Positions 13,327-23,723 of a stretch of DNA of 43,319 nt are shown here, piece by piece. Every line of letters begins with the position of its first letter. Position 1 is the stretch's first letter. The stretch is from Malacoraja senta (lineage: Eukaryota): assembly GCA_038087875.1 (NCBI GenBank), contig JAXLNO010001139.1, forward strand, positions 591-43,909, read 5' to 3'. Below the pieces are notes generated by a model. It was not told where the DNA came from. It saw only the letters and a list, made by a program, of their open reading frames with translations, and did not search any database. The position numbers and the translations under genes are program-made.

Positions 13327-13530
13327 TTTGAAGAAGGGTCCCAAAACGAAACGTCACCTGTCCATGTGTAAGAAGAAACTGCAAATGCTGGTTTACACCA
13401 AAGATGGACACAAATTGCTGGAATAACTCAGCTGGTCAGCCAGCATCTCTGGAGAAAAGGAATAGGTGATGAATCCATGTTCGCCAGAGATGCTGCCTGT
13501 TCCGCTGTGTTACTCCAGCATTTTGTGTCT
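13327..13530 (+). repeat. Penelope-tail repeat carrying an inverted copy of the same family (13368-13473, TSD TCCATGT)
   Basis: TCCATGT at 13361-13367 and 13474-13480 brackets a minus-strand copy; the plus copy keeps GAAACGTCACC. Confidence 0.7.
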
Positions 13531-13620
13531 ATTATGTATATTCTTTCCCCTGATTGGTTAGCATGAAACAAAAGCTTTTCACTGTACCTCAATACATGTG
13601 ACAATAAACTAAACTAAAGC
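13530..13620 (+). repeat. Rex1/Babar-like 3' tail
   Basis: aaaagcttttcactgtacctcaatacatgtgacaataaactaaactaaa. Confidence 0.7.
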
Positions 13621-13944
13621 TTTTGTGTAAATCAGTATCTGCATCTCTTTCTTTCTACAATTTTCCTGATAATGCCCTGATAATGCACTTTATTGTTTTG
13701 TTATTACTTAAATGTTCTGCCATTATTGAAAGGAATCCAGCATTTTCCCCAAAACAAATGTTAGTTTATATAGGGTTAAAGCTTTCTGCTTTCAATTCAC
13801 CTTCTTTCATGAATTAAGTTGTGGCTGTGATGGTGCCATATATCATAGAGTTGTACAGAACATATATTGTCCCTTTGCCATGCTGCAGAACTCCGTGATT
13901 CAAAACACCATATCATCTTATATACCTTGAAAAGCCCCAAATAT

Positions 13945-14050
13945 AGACACAAAATGCTGGAGTAACTCAGCGGTCAGGTAACATCTCTGGAGAAAAGGAA
14001 TAGGTGGCATTTCGGGTCGAGACCCTTCTTCACCCTGAAGTCTTCAGACA
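13945..14050 (-). repeat. Penelope-tail short repeat
   Basis: atagacacaaaatgctggagtaactcagcgg...tttcgggtcgagacccttcttca. Confidence 0.8.
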
Positions 14051-14116
14051 GTGCCCATCTATTTAGCTGCACAGCTTAACAATTGATTTGTAAAATTATG
14101 CATTCTTATTTTTCAG

Positions 14117-14224
14117 AAGGAAATAGGAAGAAAGACAGGCACATAGGCCTTATTGCCGTGTGTGTGCTGATATTGCTGGCTATTGTCTTGGCAGTAATTG
14201 TTTTGTGGAGAAAAAAGAGGAGAG
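14117..14224 (+). CDS. MHC class I-like heavy chain, connecting peptide/transmembrane exon
   Basis: Acceptor ttcttatttttcag (AG 14115-14116), donor GTAAGA at 14225, phase 1/1 compatible with the alpha3 exon: (E)GNRKKDRHIGLIAVCVLILLAIVLAVIVLWRKKRR; 22-residue hydrophobic span then a basic stop-transfer. Confidence 0.9.
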
Positions 14225-14466
14225 GTAAGATGGAAAAATTGTGATGCACTGTTGCTAGTAAAGGTATTGGGCTTGAAGAAATGATCGATCTCAAGTAGGA
14301 TAAGGCAGCAGCTACACCTGAAATGCCTCGACAGTCACCACTGTCAACTAGCCTTTGTGCTGTTGTTAAATGTTTCTGATAATCAGATATTTAAAAATTG
14401 TGAATTCAGTGTAAAAAAAAGTTAAACATTATGGATTCACTGCCCCAAATCCTAGAAATATCAATG

Positions 14467-14790
14467 AGTCATTAAAAAGTACAGCATGGAAGCAGTCCTT
14501 TTGGCCCACCGTGTCCATGCCAACCACCAACCACCTGTTCTCATGAATTCTATCTCATTGCACCTTCTCATCCAGTCACCCACCCACTAGGGGCAATTTA
14601 CAGTGGCCAATTAAACTATAAACTGACACATCTTAGGATGTGTGAGGAAACCGGAGCCCCTGGAGGGATCCAATGCGGTTACACGGAGAACATGCAAACT
14701 CCACATAGATGGCACTCAAGGTCAAAATTGAACCCGGGTCTGTGTCGCTGTGAGGCAGCAGCTCTACGAGTTGTGACACTGTGCTGCTCT
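14467..14790 (-). mobile_element. V-SINE (HE1-like)
   Basis: B-box GGGTTCAATTT, V-domain GGAGTTTGCATGTTCTCC..GGTTTCCTC. Confidence 0.8.
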
Positions 14791-14867
14791 GTTGGGGGCT
14801 CGCACTGTTCATGATCCAAGTCAGCTACGAGGCAGATTGGTTGCAGTTTAACATTTACTAGTTTTGT

Positions 14868-15152
14868 TTAGTTTAATTTAGAGATACAGTGGCGAAATAG
14901 GTCCTTAGGCCCACCGAGTCTGCGCTGACCAGCGATCCCCGCACATTAACACTATCCTATACACGCACACCAAGCCAATTAACCTACATACCTGTACGTC
15001 TTTGGAGTGTGGGAGGAAACCTTAGATCTCGGAGAAAACACACGCGGTCATGGGGAGAACGTACAAACTCTGTACAGACAGCATCAGTAGTCGGGATCGA
15101 ACCCGGGTCTCCGGTGCTGCAAGCGCTGTAAGGCAGCAACTCTACTGCTGCA
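14868..15152 (-). mobile_element. V-SINE (HE1-like), relatively young
   Basis: GGGTTCGATCCCGACT B-box region, intact V-domain, CpG retained, (AACTA)n tail. Confidence 0.85.
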
Positions 15153-15329
15153 CTCAGTAGCTGCCACCAAGGCCGCTGTTGCTGGAAGACTCTATGATTC
15201 TATGACTCAAAATTAAGTGGGAATGTGAGTAGTGGGAGAAATGGTTCAATGTGGAAAGTCGAATGAATGAGCAACAACATGACAGGTGGACTACAATGTG
15301 AAACAGGGCAGCACAGAGCCAGAGACCTG

Positions 15330-15595
15330 AATTAAATAGCGACATCGGCTGTTGTATCTGTAGAGTTTGCATGTTGTTCCTGTGACCATGTGGGTTTCCC
15401 CAGGTGCTCTGGTTTCCTCCCACATCCCCAAAACATGGTTTGGTAGGTTAGTTGTCCCCTAGATTGTGCATGATACAATGTGGGGAGAGCTGATGAGAAT
15501 GTGGGACAAATATAGGATTAGTGTACATGAATGGTTGGTGCAGGTCAGTGGGACAAAGGCCATGTTTGTATGCTGCATATTTCCATGACTCTTTA
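15330..15595 (+). mobile_element. V-SINE, degenerate
   Basis: gagtttgcatgttgttcctgtgaccatgtgggtttccccaggtgctctggtttcctcccacatcc. Confidence 0.7.
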
Positions 15596-15639
15596 TGATG
15601 TAGAAATATGTTGACTATTTTTGATTTATAAGATTGGGA

Positions 15640-15745
15640 AAGACTGTGAGGGACAGTGCTAGAGTAACTCAGCAGGTCAGGCAACATCCCTGGAGACCAT
15701 GGATAGGTGACAATCTGGTTCGAGACTCTTCAGGCAAATTACAAT
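15640..15745 (-). repeat. Penelope-tail short repeat, degenerate
   Basis: gagtaactcagcaggtcaggcaacatccctggaga...ttcgagactcttcag. Confidence 0.6.
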
Positions 15746-16087
15746 GGGTATTCCTCCGCTTAAGTCTGATAGTAGTGTACAGATGCACCTCAACCACTGA
15801 CTTGCTCAACAAGTGCTTAAATTAGTTGAATTAAAGTATGTTTGGAGTAACATGCAGCAGTCCTTAAAATCTACCATTTCCCAAATCCCAAGAGAGCTGG
15901 ATGATCAGGGTTTTAGTGTAAATTCAAAGTCATCTATATCACTGATTTCTTGCCTGTGATCACACTGTTGTAAGATATATTCTGGTGATGAATTGCAGTT
16001 CACTTTCCTCCTGTGTAAAGGAGTTATTGTGTTGAATATAACAAGTGGAGGGAAAGTCAGTGTCGGATTTAGAGTTTGTACGTAATG

Positions 16088-16385
16088 CAGCATGGTAGTG
16101 CAGCTGGTAGAACTGCTGCCTCACAACGCCAGAGACCCAGGTTCAATCTGGACCTCGGGTACTGTCTACGTGGAGTTTGCATGTTCTCCTTGTGACTATG
16201 TGGGCTTCCTCAGGGAGCTCCGGTTTCCTCCCATATCCCAAAGATGAGCAGGTGTGCAGGTAATCATCCTCGGTAAGTCACCCTGATAGTGTAGGGGGTG
16301 GATGGGAAATCTATTATGAATGGGTGATTGCTGGTTAGTATGGATTTGGTGGCACAAATGGCCTGTTTACACACTGTATCACTGT
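16088..16385 (+). mobile_element. V-SINE (HE1-like)
   Basis: GGTAGTGCAGCTGGTAG A-box-like, GGTTCAATC B-box, V-domain. Confidence 0.8.
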
Positions 16386-16570
16386 TTTCAAGAGAGAGTT
16401 AGATTTAGCTCTTAGGGCTAAGGGATTCAAGGGATATGGGGAAACAGCCAGATCGGAGTATTAATTTTGGATGATCAGCCATGATTGTATTGAATGGCGG
16501 TGCTGGCTCAAAGGGCCGAATAGCCTATTCCTGCACCTATTTTTTTATGTTTCTATCTTTCTATTAAATA
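16386..16570 (+). mobile_element. CR1 3' tail
   Basis: ttcaagagagagttagatttagctcttagggctaaggg...gatcagccatgattgtattgaatggcggtgctggctcaaagggccgaatagcctattcctgcacc. Confidence 0.8.
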
Positions 16571-17107
16571 AACTAAATTGGAAGACAGAAGGTATTTACT
16601 GATGCATCTTCACACCAGCTGTAAATGTCATAAACTGTGAGAATTGATTGCAAATGTTATACAATATTATAAACTCAACTGGGTGATCAAAATGACAAGA
16701 TGGATGAAGAGCAGAGTTTTCATTGAAATAACAGACGTGCAGCTTTCTCGAGCACTTGGCCTTGGTTGTGTAATATTTCCTCTTCAAAATACAATGTTCC
16801 CTGGCATTTCTGGTCTGAGGCACCATTCAGCAAGTATATTTTCTGAAACGGAGGTTCTGCTTTCATGGTATCAAGATGTCTAACATCTCCAGCACCCAGA
16901 TTAGAACCTTGCCAAAACTAAGAATGCAGCAACAATTTAGTCATTGAACATCAACGACATGCATATTTGAACTGAGGCAATGGTTAGCTTATTATCACTG
17001 TAAACCAGTCGTGGTCATGGGTCTGCCATCGTGGTCACTATTAGTGAGGGTGATTAACTATCATTTAGCAGTGAAACGGAAAAAAATTGGCTTTTCAAGC
17101 CCACGGA

Positions 17108-17640
17108 GCCATAGAGTCATACGGCATGGAAATGGCCACCTCAACTTGGCCATGTCAACCAAGATGCCATGTTTAAACTACAATTTACCTGCAATTGACC
17201 CATATCTCACTGAACCTTTCCTATCTACAGTATGTACCTGTCCAAGTGTGTTCTAAATGTTTTTTAATACCTGCCTCAACTCCTTCCGCTGGAATGTTCT
17301 TCCATATTTCCACTTCCTCTGGTTCCGAGTAACTCGTTTCCTTCTCACCTTAAACCTAAGTCCTCTGGTTCTTGATTACACAAGGCTGGTTAAAAGATTC
17401 CGTGCATTCAATCTATCTATGCTCCTTGATTTTATAAACTTCTATAAGATCACCCCTCAGCCTCTTGCGTGCCAAGGACTAAAGTCCAAGCATTCTCATC
17501 CTCTCCCTGAATCACAGGCCCTGTTAATGACATCCTTCCGATAGAGGAGTGACCAAAACTTAACACATTACTCCAAATGTGACCTCACCAACATCTTGTA
17601 CAACTGTAGCAGAACATCCCAACTTTTTTATTCAGTACCT
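17108..17640 (-). mobile_element. CR1 3' fragment abutting the tail of the minus-strand L1
   Basis: gaccaaaacttaacacattactccaaatgtgacctcaccaacatcttgtacaac is the reverse of the LYK.LVR(P/S)HLE.C..FW motif; typical CR1 3' UTR at 17108-17260. Confidence 0.75.
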
Positions 17641-18259
17641 TTCTTTTAAAATCTTTTTATTGTTTTTTTTCCAAAAAACAAAAACAAAAATAAAACATAA
17701 AAAACAGAGCAAAAAGAATAATGATAAACATAACAATGGTATTGATACATAGGGATCAGGATTACATTAATAACAGGTATAAACTAATAGTAAGATTAAA
17801 CGAGAACTTACCTAAGTTTGAAGTTTGAACTTTATTTTATGAGGAGTTACGTAGGTGATTACGTGAAGAACCCCGCCAGTGCGCCAATCTTCAAAAGTCT
17901 CATAATAAAACGAGTAATACAAGAACTTCAATCTGACCTTTATGATAGAGGGTAGGGTCATGGCGGGCACGTAATCACCTACGTAACTCCTCATAAAATA
18001 AAGATCAAACTTCAAACTTAGGTAAGTTCTCGTTTAATCTTACTATTTTACTTCGGAGTCACGTGAGTTACTACGTGAAGATTTTAAAAGATTTTAAAGC
18101 TTTGTGATTTCATGCCGTAGATCAATCCCGGCTTCTCACTGCATAGATTGACTCGGAACGAGAATAATCAATCATGCATTCATAATAACATTTGTACCAC
18201 AAATGCAGTCATTCATTTCAATAATGAAATTAATCAGATCCCCTTTAAACCAGAGGAAT

Positions 18260-19233
18260 TTACACAGAACTTAAAATAGTTTCTGCACACAATCCCGCAT
18301 TAACAATAGGCCGATGGTAAAAATGTTGAAACATCAACTCATTGGACCATCCGGCGGCTGCGAGGATATGGTCGACGGGGACGTCTTATGCCCTGGCCGC
18401 CGACATTTCTGCTGCCCTAGTCGAGTGAGACGTAAAAACATAAGTGTTAATATCAGCAGCTGTTATGACTTCTTTTATCCATCAGGAAATAGTCTGTATT
18501 GAAACTCTCTTGTGTGGTTTCTTGTGTGTGATTAACAACCCAGTTTCCGTATTTCTTAAATGCTTTGTGACCTCAATGCATTGTCACAAATATGTCTTAA
18601 CACAGAGACAAGGATCATTTGGATATGCTGCTAGCATAATTTTAAATCCTGTCACACCTGGCCTAATTTGCTTTAATAGGTCATAGATATAGAATGTAAC
18701 CTTGTCTTCAGTTACTTCCATAGTATCTATTTGTAATTTTCTAAGTGTTTGCACTCGTTGTGCAGTCACTCATGCCATAAGCATGAATACTTTCATCCTG
18801 AGCTTGACCAAAGGTAAAGACACACTTGGTGACCATTCACGAAGTAGTTTCAGTACCACACTTACATCCCAGATTGTCATGTACCTAGGTTTCGGTGGTT
18901 TGGAATTAAAGATTCCTTTCATTAGTCTGGAAAGAATTGGGTGTGACCCAATTGGGTTTATTTCTGAATCCAGAACCAAATATGAGGGCAATGCACTTAT
19001 GGCTGAATTAATTGCACTACAACTCAGACCTTCATCATAATAGAGTTTTGACAGATTTTCTAAACATTTGAAATATCTGCAGTACTATATTGCAAATTCT
19101 TTTGTACACAGAACTTTTCCCATTTCTTAATATAAGAAAGGTACTGTTTTTGGAGTGCTCTTCCTCCAGGCTGCCGTAAGCATGTCCACAGTACGCTCAG
19201 ACAGTCCTCGCCCCAGAAAAGGCCTTCTTAAAC
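18260..19233 (-). pseudogene. DIRS-a tyrosine recombinase
   Basis: LSERTVDMLTAAWRKST...RLMKGIFNSKPPKPRY...MTAQRVQTL...SHSTRAA...AAAGWSNELMFQHFY; frameshifts and a stop. Confidence 0.9.
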
Positions 19234-19261
19234 CTGCAAATCAACAAATCCAAACAGTCAT

Positions 19262-19520
19262 TAGATTAGATAGATTAGATTAGATAGCCCTTTATTGTCA
19301 TTCAGACCGAAGTCTGAACGAAATTGCAACAGTCATACATAAAACAACAATAAACACATATTAACATCCACCACAGTGAGTCCACCCCACATCTCCTCAC
19401 TGTGATGGAGGCAAAAGTCTTAGGTCTGCAGTCTCTTCCCTCCTCTTCTCCCTCTGCGCTGAGGCGATACCCCCCGGGCGATGTTTCCCGCGGCTCAAAC
19501 ACCGCGGCCCGGGGTGGTCG
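19262..19520 (-). mobile_element. Non-autonomous LINE-tail retroelement, copy 5, inserted in DIRS-a (2-bp AT duplication)
   Basis: (TAGAT)n tail, hairpins at 19301-19318 and 19368-19408; removal restores HPLYDCLDLLICRF, aligning with HPLHNRIGLLICRF of DIRS-b. Confidence 0.85.
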
Positions 19521-19940
19521 ATATAATGGATGTTGTTTCCCTGTTACAGGGTGCAGCAATAAATTACTCCTTTTGGGGACTTTCATCAACATTTGTGTTG
19601 TTAATTCTAATATCAACAGATACCATGGCTGTGTAGGCCAATCTGGTATTACCAATACACCTGAATCAGCATCTTGCCTGACTTTAAGCAAACACTGGCT
19701 TATAAGGCAGAAAAGTGGAAATATATATGACAACATATCACTCCAATGTAGCGAGAAAGAATCAATCGCCACTGCTCTATCACTCCAATGTAGCGAGAAA
19801 GAATCAATCGCCACTGCTCCTGGATCTGATTCACATGAGACATATCTCGATAGCTGATGATTCAGCCTAGATATAAACAAGTCAATGTTGGGCATTCCAA
19901 ATCTGATTACTATATCTTTGAATACCTCTCGATTCAACAT
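19521..19940 (-). pseudogene. DIRS-a DNA N6-adenine methyltransferase-like domain
   Basis: IDLFISRLNHQL..DSFSLHW..IFPLFCLI..PDWPTQPWY; contains a 42-bp in-frame tandem duplication (19736-19819). Confidence 0.85.
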
Positions 19941-19949
19941 CCATTCTTA

Positions 19950-21450
19950 TTATCATGGAACTTTCGTGACCTGGTGTCTGCTATCGAGTTCATTCTACCT
20001 GGTAGATAGATAGCTGAAATCCAAATATTCTTTTCAATACACCCAGTCCAAAGTTGATTAGCCATTTTGTCACATGACCCTGACTTGATTTTATCCATAT
20101 CATTAATATAGGCAATTGCTGTTGTGTTTATCAATCTGAACTTGGACATGCCTTTTAGTTGTGTTAGAACAATAACCTTGGAGTCCATAGAAACATCCTA
20201 AAACTCCAAATAGTTAACTCCCCATGTCTGCAGTAACAATGACTCTTCCTGATTCCATCTGCCTCCGCAGCTAGATGCTAAGTCAGTTTCACCCCATCCT
20301 AGTGTACTGGCATCTGTTTGTAATATCATGGAAGGTTTGTTCAATCAGCACTCTGCTGGAACTGCTTGAGACATGTAGAATCCACCACTGCAGATCAGAA
20401 ACAGCATTTGTTGTCAGTTGCATGGTTCTATCAAAATGACCAACATGCATTCTCAGTGCCTGTTCTTTAACTCTCTGCAGCTGTTGATAATGTAATGGTC
20501 CGAATTGGACTGCTGGGAATGCTGCTACTAATTTTCCCAGTACTCAAGCCACCTGTCTGATTGAGGGGTTTTGCTCGTTTACCAGATTACTGCAATCTTT
20601 AATCAACTCCACCCTTTTTTCACTGGGCATAGTAATTTTCATTTGGACTGAATCAATTGTGAACCCCAAATAATCAATCGAGGTACATGGTGTTAACCTT
20701 GATTCCTTTGGATGAATTAGAAACCCCAAACTTTCAAAAGTTGATTTCACAACTGCCACAGATGCTTCTGTTGACTGTTTTGTCCTTCCTATTATCAGCA
20801 CATCATCCAAAATATGCCACTAGTACATGCCCCTGGCTTCTTAGAACTGGTTTTAATAATTTTGTGAATATTCTGGGAGCGGACGTTAACCCATTAGGCA
20901 AAGCTTTGAACTGCCATTACTGGTTCATCCATGTAAATTTAAGATACTGAATATGTATCTTTTAAATCTATAGTTGCCATATGACATGCTTCTGAAATAA
21001 GTTGTTTGGCAGTCACAAATATCTCTTTTAAAATGTTTAAATTAAACAAAAGGATTCAGACTTGTCAAGTCTAGAATAATCCCACATCCTCAATCCTTTT
21101 TTGATCGATGGAATATATTTAACACAAATTGGTGAATTTGGTAGACTGATTCTTCAATAACACATTTTATATATAGGGTTTGAAACGCAGCTTGAACCTC
21201 CATCACTTCTTTTTGTGCAAACCATATGACAATTACAGCAGGAAAACAGGCCATCTCGGCCTTTCAAGTCCATGCCGAAGAAGTGGAGAATTCTGCTAGG
21301 AACATGCTGGACAGGCAAATCATAATTTGGATTGAATTCAATTCGAAATCCTTGTATACTATTCAGAATTACCACATCTGAAGTAATCTTCCAATTGTTT
21401 ATAGAAGAGACATAATCTGCCGCCAACTTTTGGACTTAATCCAGTTAGTA
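19950..21450 (-). pseudogene. DIRS-a reverse transcriptase/RNase H
   Basis: GGRL..F...W, IDLKD, ALPNGL..PRIFTK, MDDVLII..DYLGFTID, NTTAIAYIND, YLPGRMNSIAD; multiple disruptions. Confidence 0.88.
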
Positions 21451-21559
21451 TGTTCCCATGAGAACCAGGTCCACCTACCTCTTGAGTCATTTGAGTACTC
21501 TGAGATTCCTGGATTCTCCCGGAAGCACCCTCACTGGTTCTTGCTCCCGCTGCAGGCCG

Positions 21560-22593
21560 CCAGCTACGTCCCTGCGTTAATGTGCGACTTGGTCCTGTCC
21601 AGGATCCGTATGACATCTGAAAGGATATTCCTCTTTACAGACTTTTCAACCATTGATGTTTTCATCAATCCTGTTTTCGCTTCATCTTCCAACTCTTTAA
21701 CACATCTCTCGAGATCCTCTCCAAAGAGTAAGTTGGGTAATTGTACATTACTTGGTTTGCAGAGTGCTGCGAATTTCGGATTCATAATAGGCCGTATAGC
21801 ACCTTTCCTCGGACAATTGATCTCGAAGTGGGTGCTGCATAGCAACCCCAGTGCTTTCTGATGCAACTCCGTCATCTCTTGGCTTTCATCCGCTATTCTG
21901 GCAAAGCAGTTATTCCAGCAGCTTTAATATTCTCTGCCATTTCAATTCTTGAGTTCTCATAATCATACTCAACTCATATTTTCTTGCATTCTCATTCATT
22001 TCCTGCTGTTCCAGCTGATGGGAAACCAAGTAATTTATTAGGGAGGCCAATTCTCTTCTAATGGCTCTCCTGACTCTGACGGGGCAGCGAATCATACTGC
22101 CAGGGGTGGAACATCTGTACATCACGTACATCACGGCTACTGTGACAAATCACATAGAGCCTCACCGTCAGAATCAGGGTCTGAAATCTCATGACCCGTG
22201 GCACGCTCCTCATCCCTGAGGGTGCATTCTATCAGCCCTGAACCAGGAGCTGTTGAGCTGCTTCCAGCAGCTTGGTTTTCAGTACACTCTTACCTGAGTG
22301 TGCTTTGCTCCAACAGCCTATGTAGCAGGCTTTCCATTTGGGCAATACGCTTTAAAAGCAGTATCTAGCCCTGGAGCTTCCATTTCCTGGGACTCCTCCT
22401 CCGTGGCCCGTTTCAATTTGGACTTGGCCTTGCGCCCGACAGGCGTTGACTGCCCCAGGTCCACAGTCGCTATGCTCACCGCTGACGACTGTACCGGGGT
22501 TAGAGGCGGTTGGTCGCTACCCGCAGACTCCCGACTTTCCCGACTTTCTGTCGGCTGTGTCGCTCGCCTCTTCCCCTGCCCGTTTTTTCCCAT
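21560..22593 (-). pseudogene. DIRS-a gag-like ORF1
   Basis: MGKNGQGKRR...PLTPVQ, and ALGLLCSTHFEINCPRKGAIRPIMNPKFAALCKPS..LLFGEDL, homologous to the same region of DIRS-b. Confidence 0.75.
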
Positions 22594-23723
22594 GGCATCT
22601 GTGGAAGAAATCCCCACAGACCCACAGTAAACGGACATGAAAAAATACTAAAAAAGTTTTTACTTACCTTGTAGTTAAAAAACTACAAATCCACTGAGGA
22701 GCTCTGCTCCTCACGTCCGTTTGCGACAAGGCGTATGACGTAATGACGCGCAGGCGCACTGGCGGGGTTCTTCACATAGTCACTCACGTGATTCCGAAGT
22801 AAAATATGAGACCAGTGTCAAAATACACAATGAATATAGACCTCTCCATCTCTATGTAAATATAGTTAAATCTTTAAAAGGAAACATAAATGTAAAAAAA
22901 AAGCAAAGATAAAAAGACAAAAAGAAAAAGAAAAAACAAAACCCCCCTAAACTAAAAATAAATTAAAAAAAATGGATAATAATAAAATAAGAATAAAAAT
23001 AAAATAAATAAATAAAACAAAACAGAGCAAAACCGAATCTGAACTGAGAAATTCAACAATTTACGTCTGTTTGTCGTCAAGTCCGTTCCACCCTATGAAG
23101 GTAAAATAATTTTTATAAAGGTTAAAGAGGGAACAGTTTATGTTGTATGAAAGTGTTCAATAAATTTTCCCCAAGTCTTATCAAATTGAACCAAGGGTTC
23201 AACAATGTCACTTCTGATTTTTTCTAAATTTAAACATGATATCGTTTCAGAATACCACTGGAGTGTGGTCGGAGGGTTGGAATCTTTCCATTTAATGAAA
23301 ATAAATCTTCTGGCAATTAATGTGGTAAAAGCAATCAACCGATGGGCGGAGTGGGACAAATGAATAGAATCTAACATTGGTAACCCAAAAATTGCAGTAA
23401 TAGGATGAGGTTGTAAATCTATACCTAAGACCACCGAAATAGTATCAAAAATTTATTTCCAATATTTTTCCAAAAGAGGGCAGGACCAAAACATATGGGT
23501 CAGTGATGCCACTTCAGAGTTACATCTGTCACAGGTAGGATTTATATGACCATAAAAACGAGCTAACTTGACTTCCGGTGGCGCTATGGAGGCTTGAGTC
23601 CAGTACCAACTAGCTCCGTGCCGAAGAATCTGAAAACGGGAGAAAATCGGGTCTTACCTGCAGCGATCGCGATCTGAACGGCTGCCTGCCGCGTGACGTC
23701 ATCAGGCGCGCGACTTTGACGGT

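Larger units (their letters stand above)
17786..22805 (-). mobile_element. DIRS1-like tyrosine-recombinase retrotransposon, complete but decayed (DIRS-a)
   Basis: Gag-like, RT, RNase H, adenine-methyltransferase-like and YR ORF remnants; short ITRs (17860-17885 / 22753-22778); right extension 17786-17865; ICR 17968-18081; ATT at both ends on the element strand. Confidence 0.95.

Noticed and set aside
11161-14224. MHC class II beta or W-category chain
   Set aside because: The TM exon lacks the glycine packing motifs of class II and W chains, and the Ig domain resembles shark class I alpha3; phylogeny is still needed.
16021-16079. Alternative cytoplasmic exon GVIVLNITSGGK...
   Set aside because: Weak acceptor (AAG), hydrophobic implausible tail, poor donor and phase.
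16619-16647. Alternative cytoplasmic exon AVNVINCEN*
   Set aside because: Short pyrimidine tract and no recognisable motif; weaker than 36130 but not strictly excluded.
17786-18047. Long inverted repeat as an independent structured RNA or palindrome system
   Set aside because: Fully explained as the DIRS right extension pairing with the ICR; the same layout recurs at 38120-38427.
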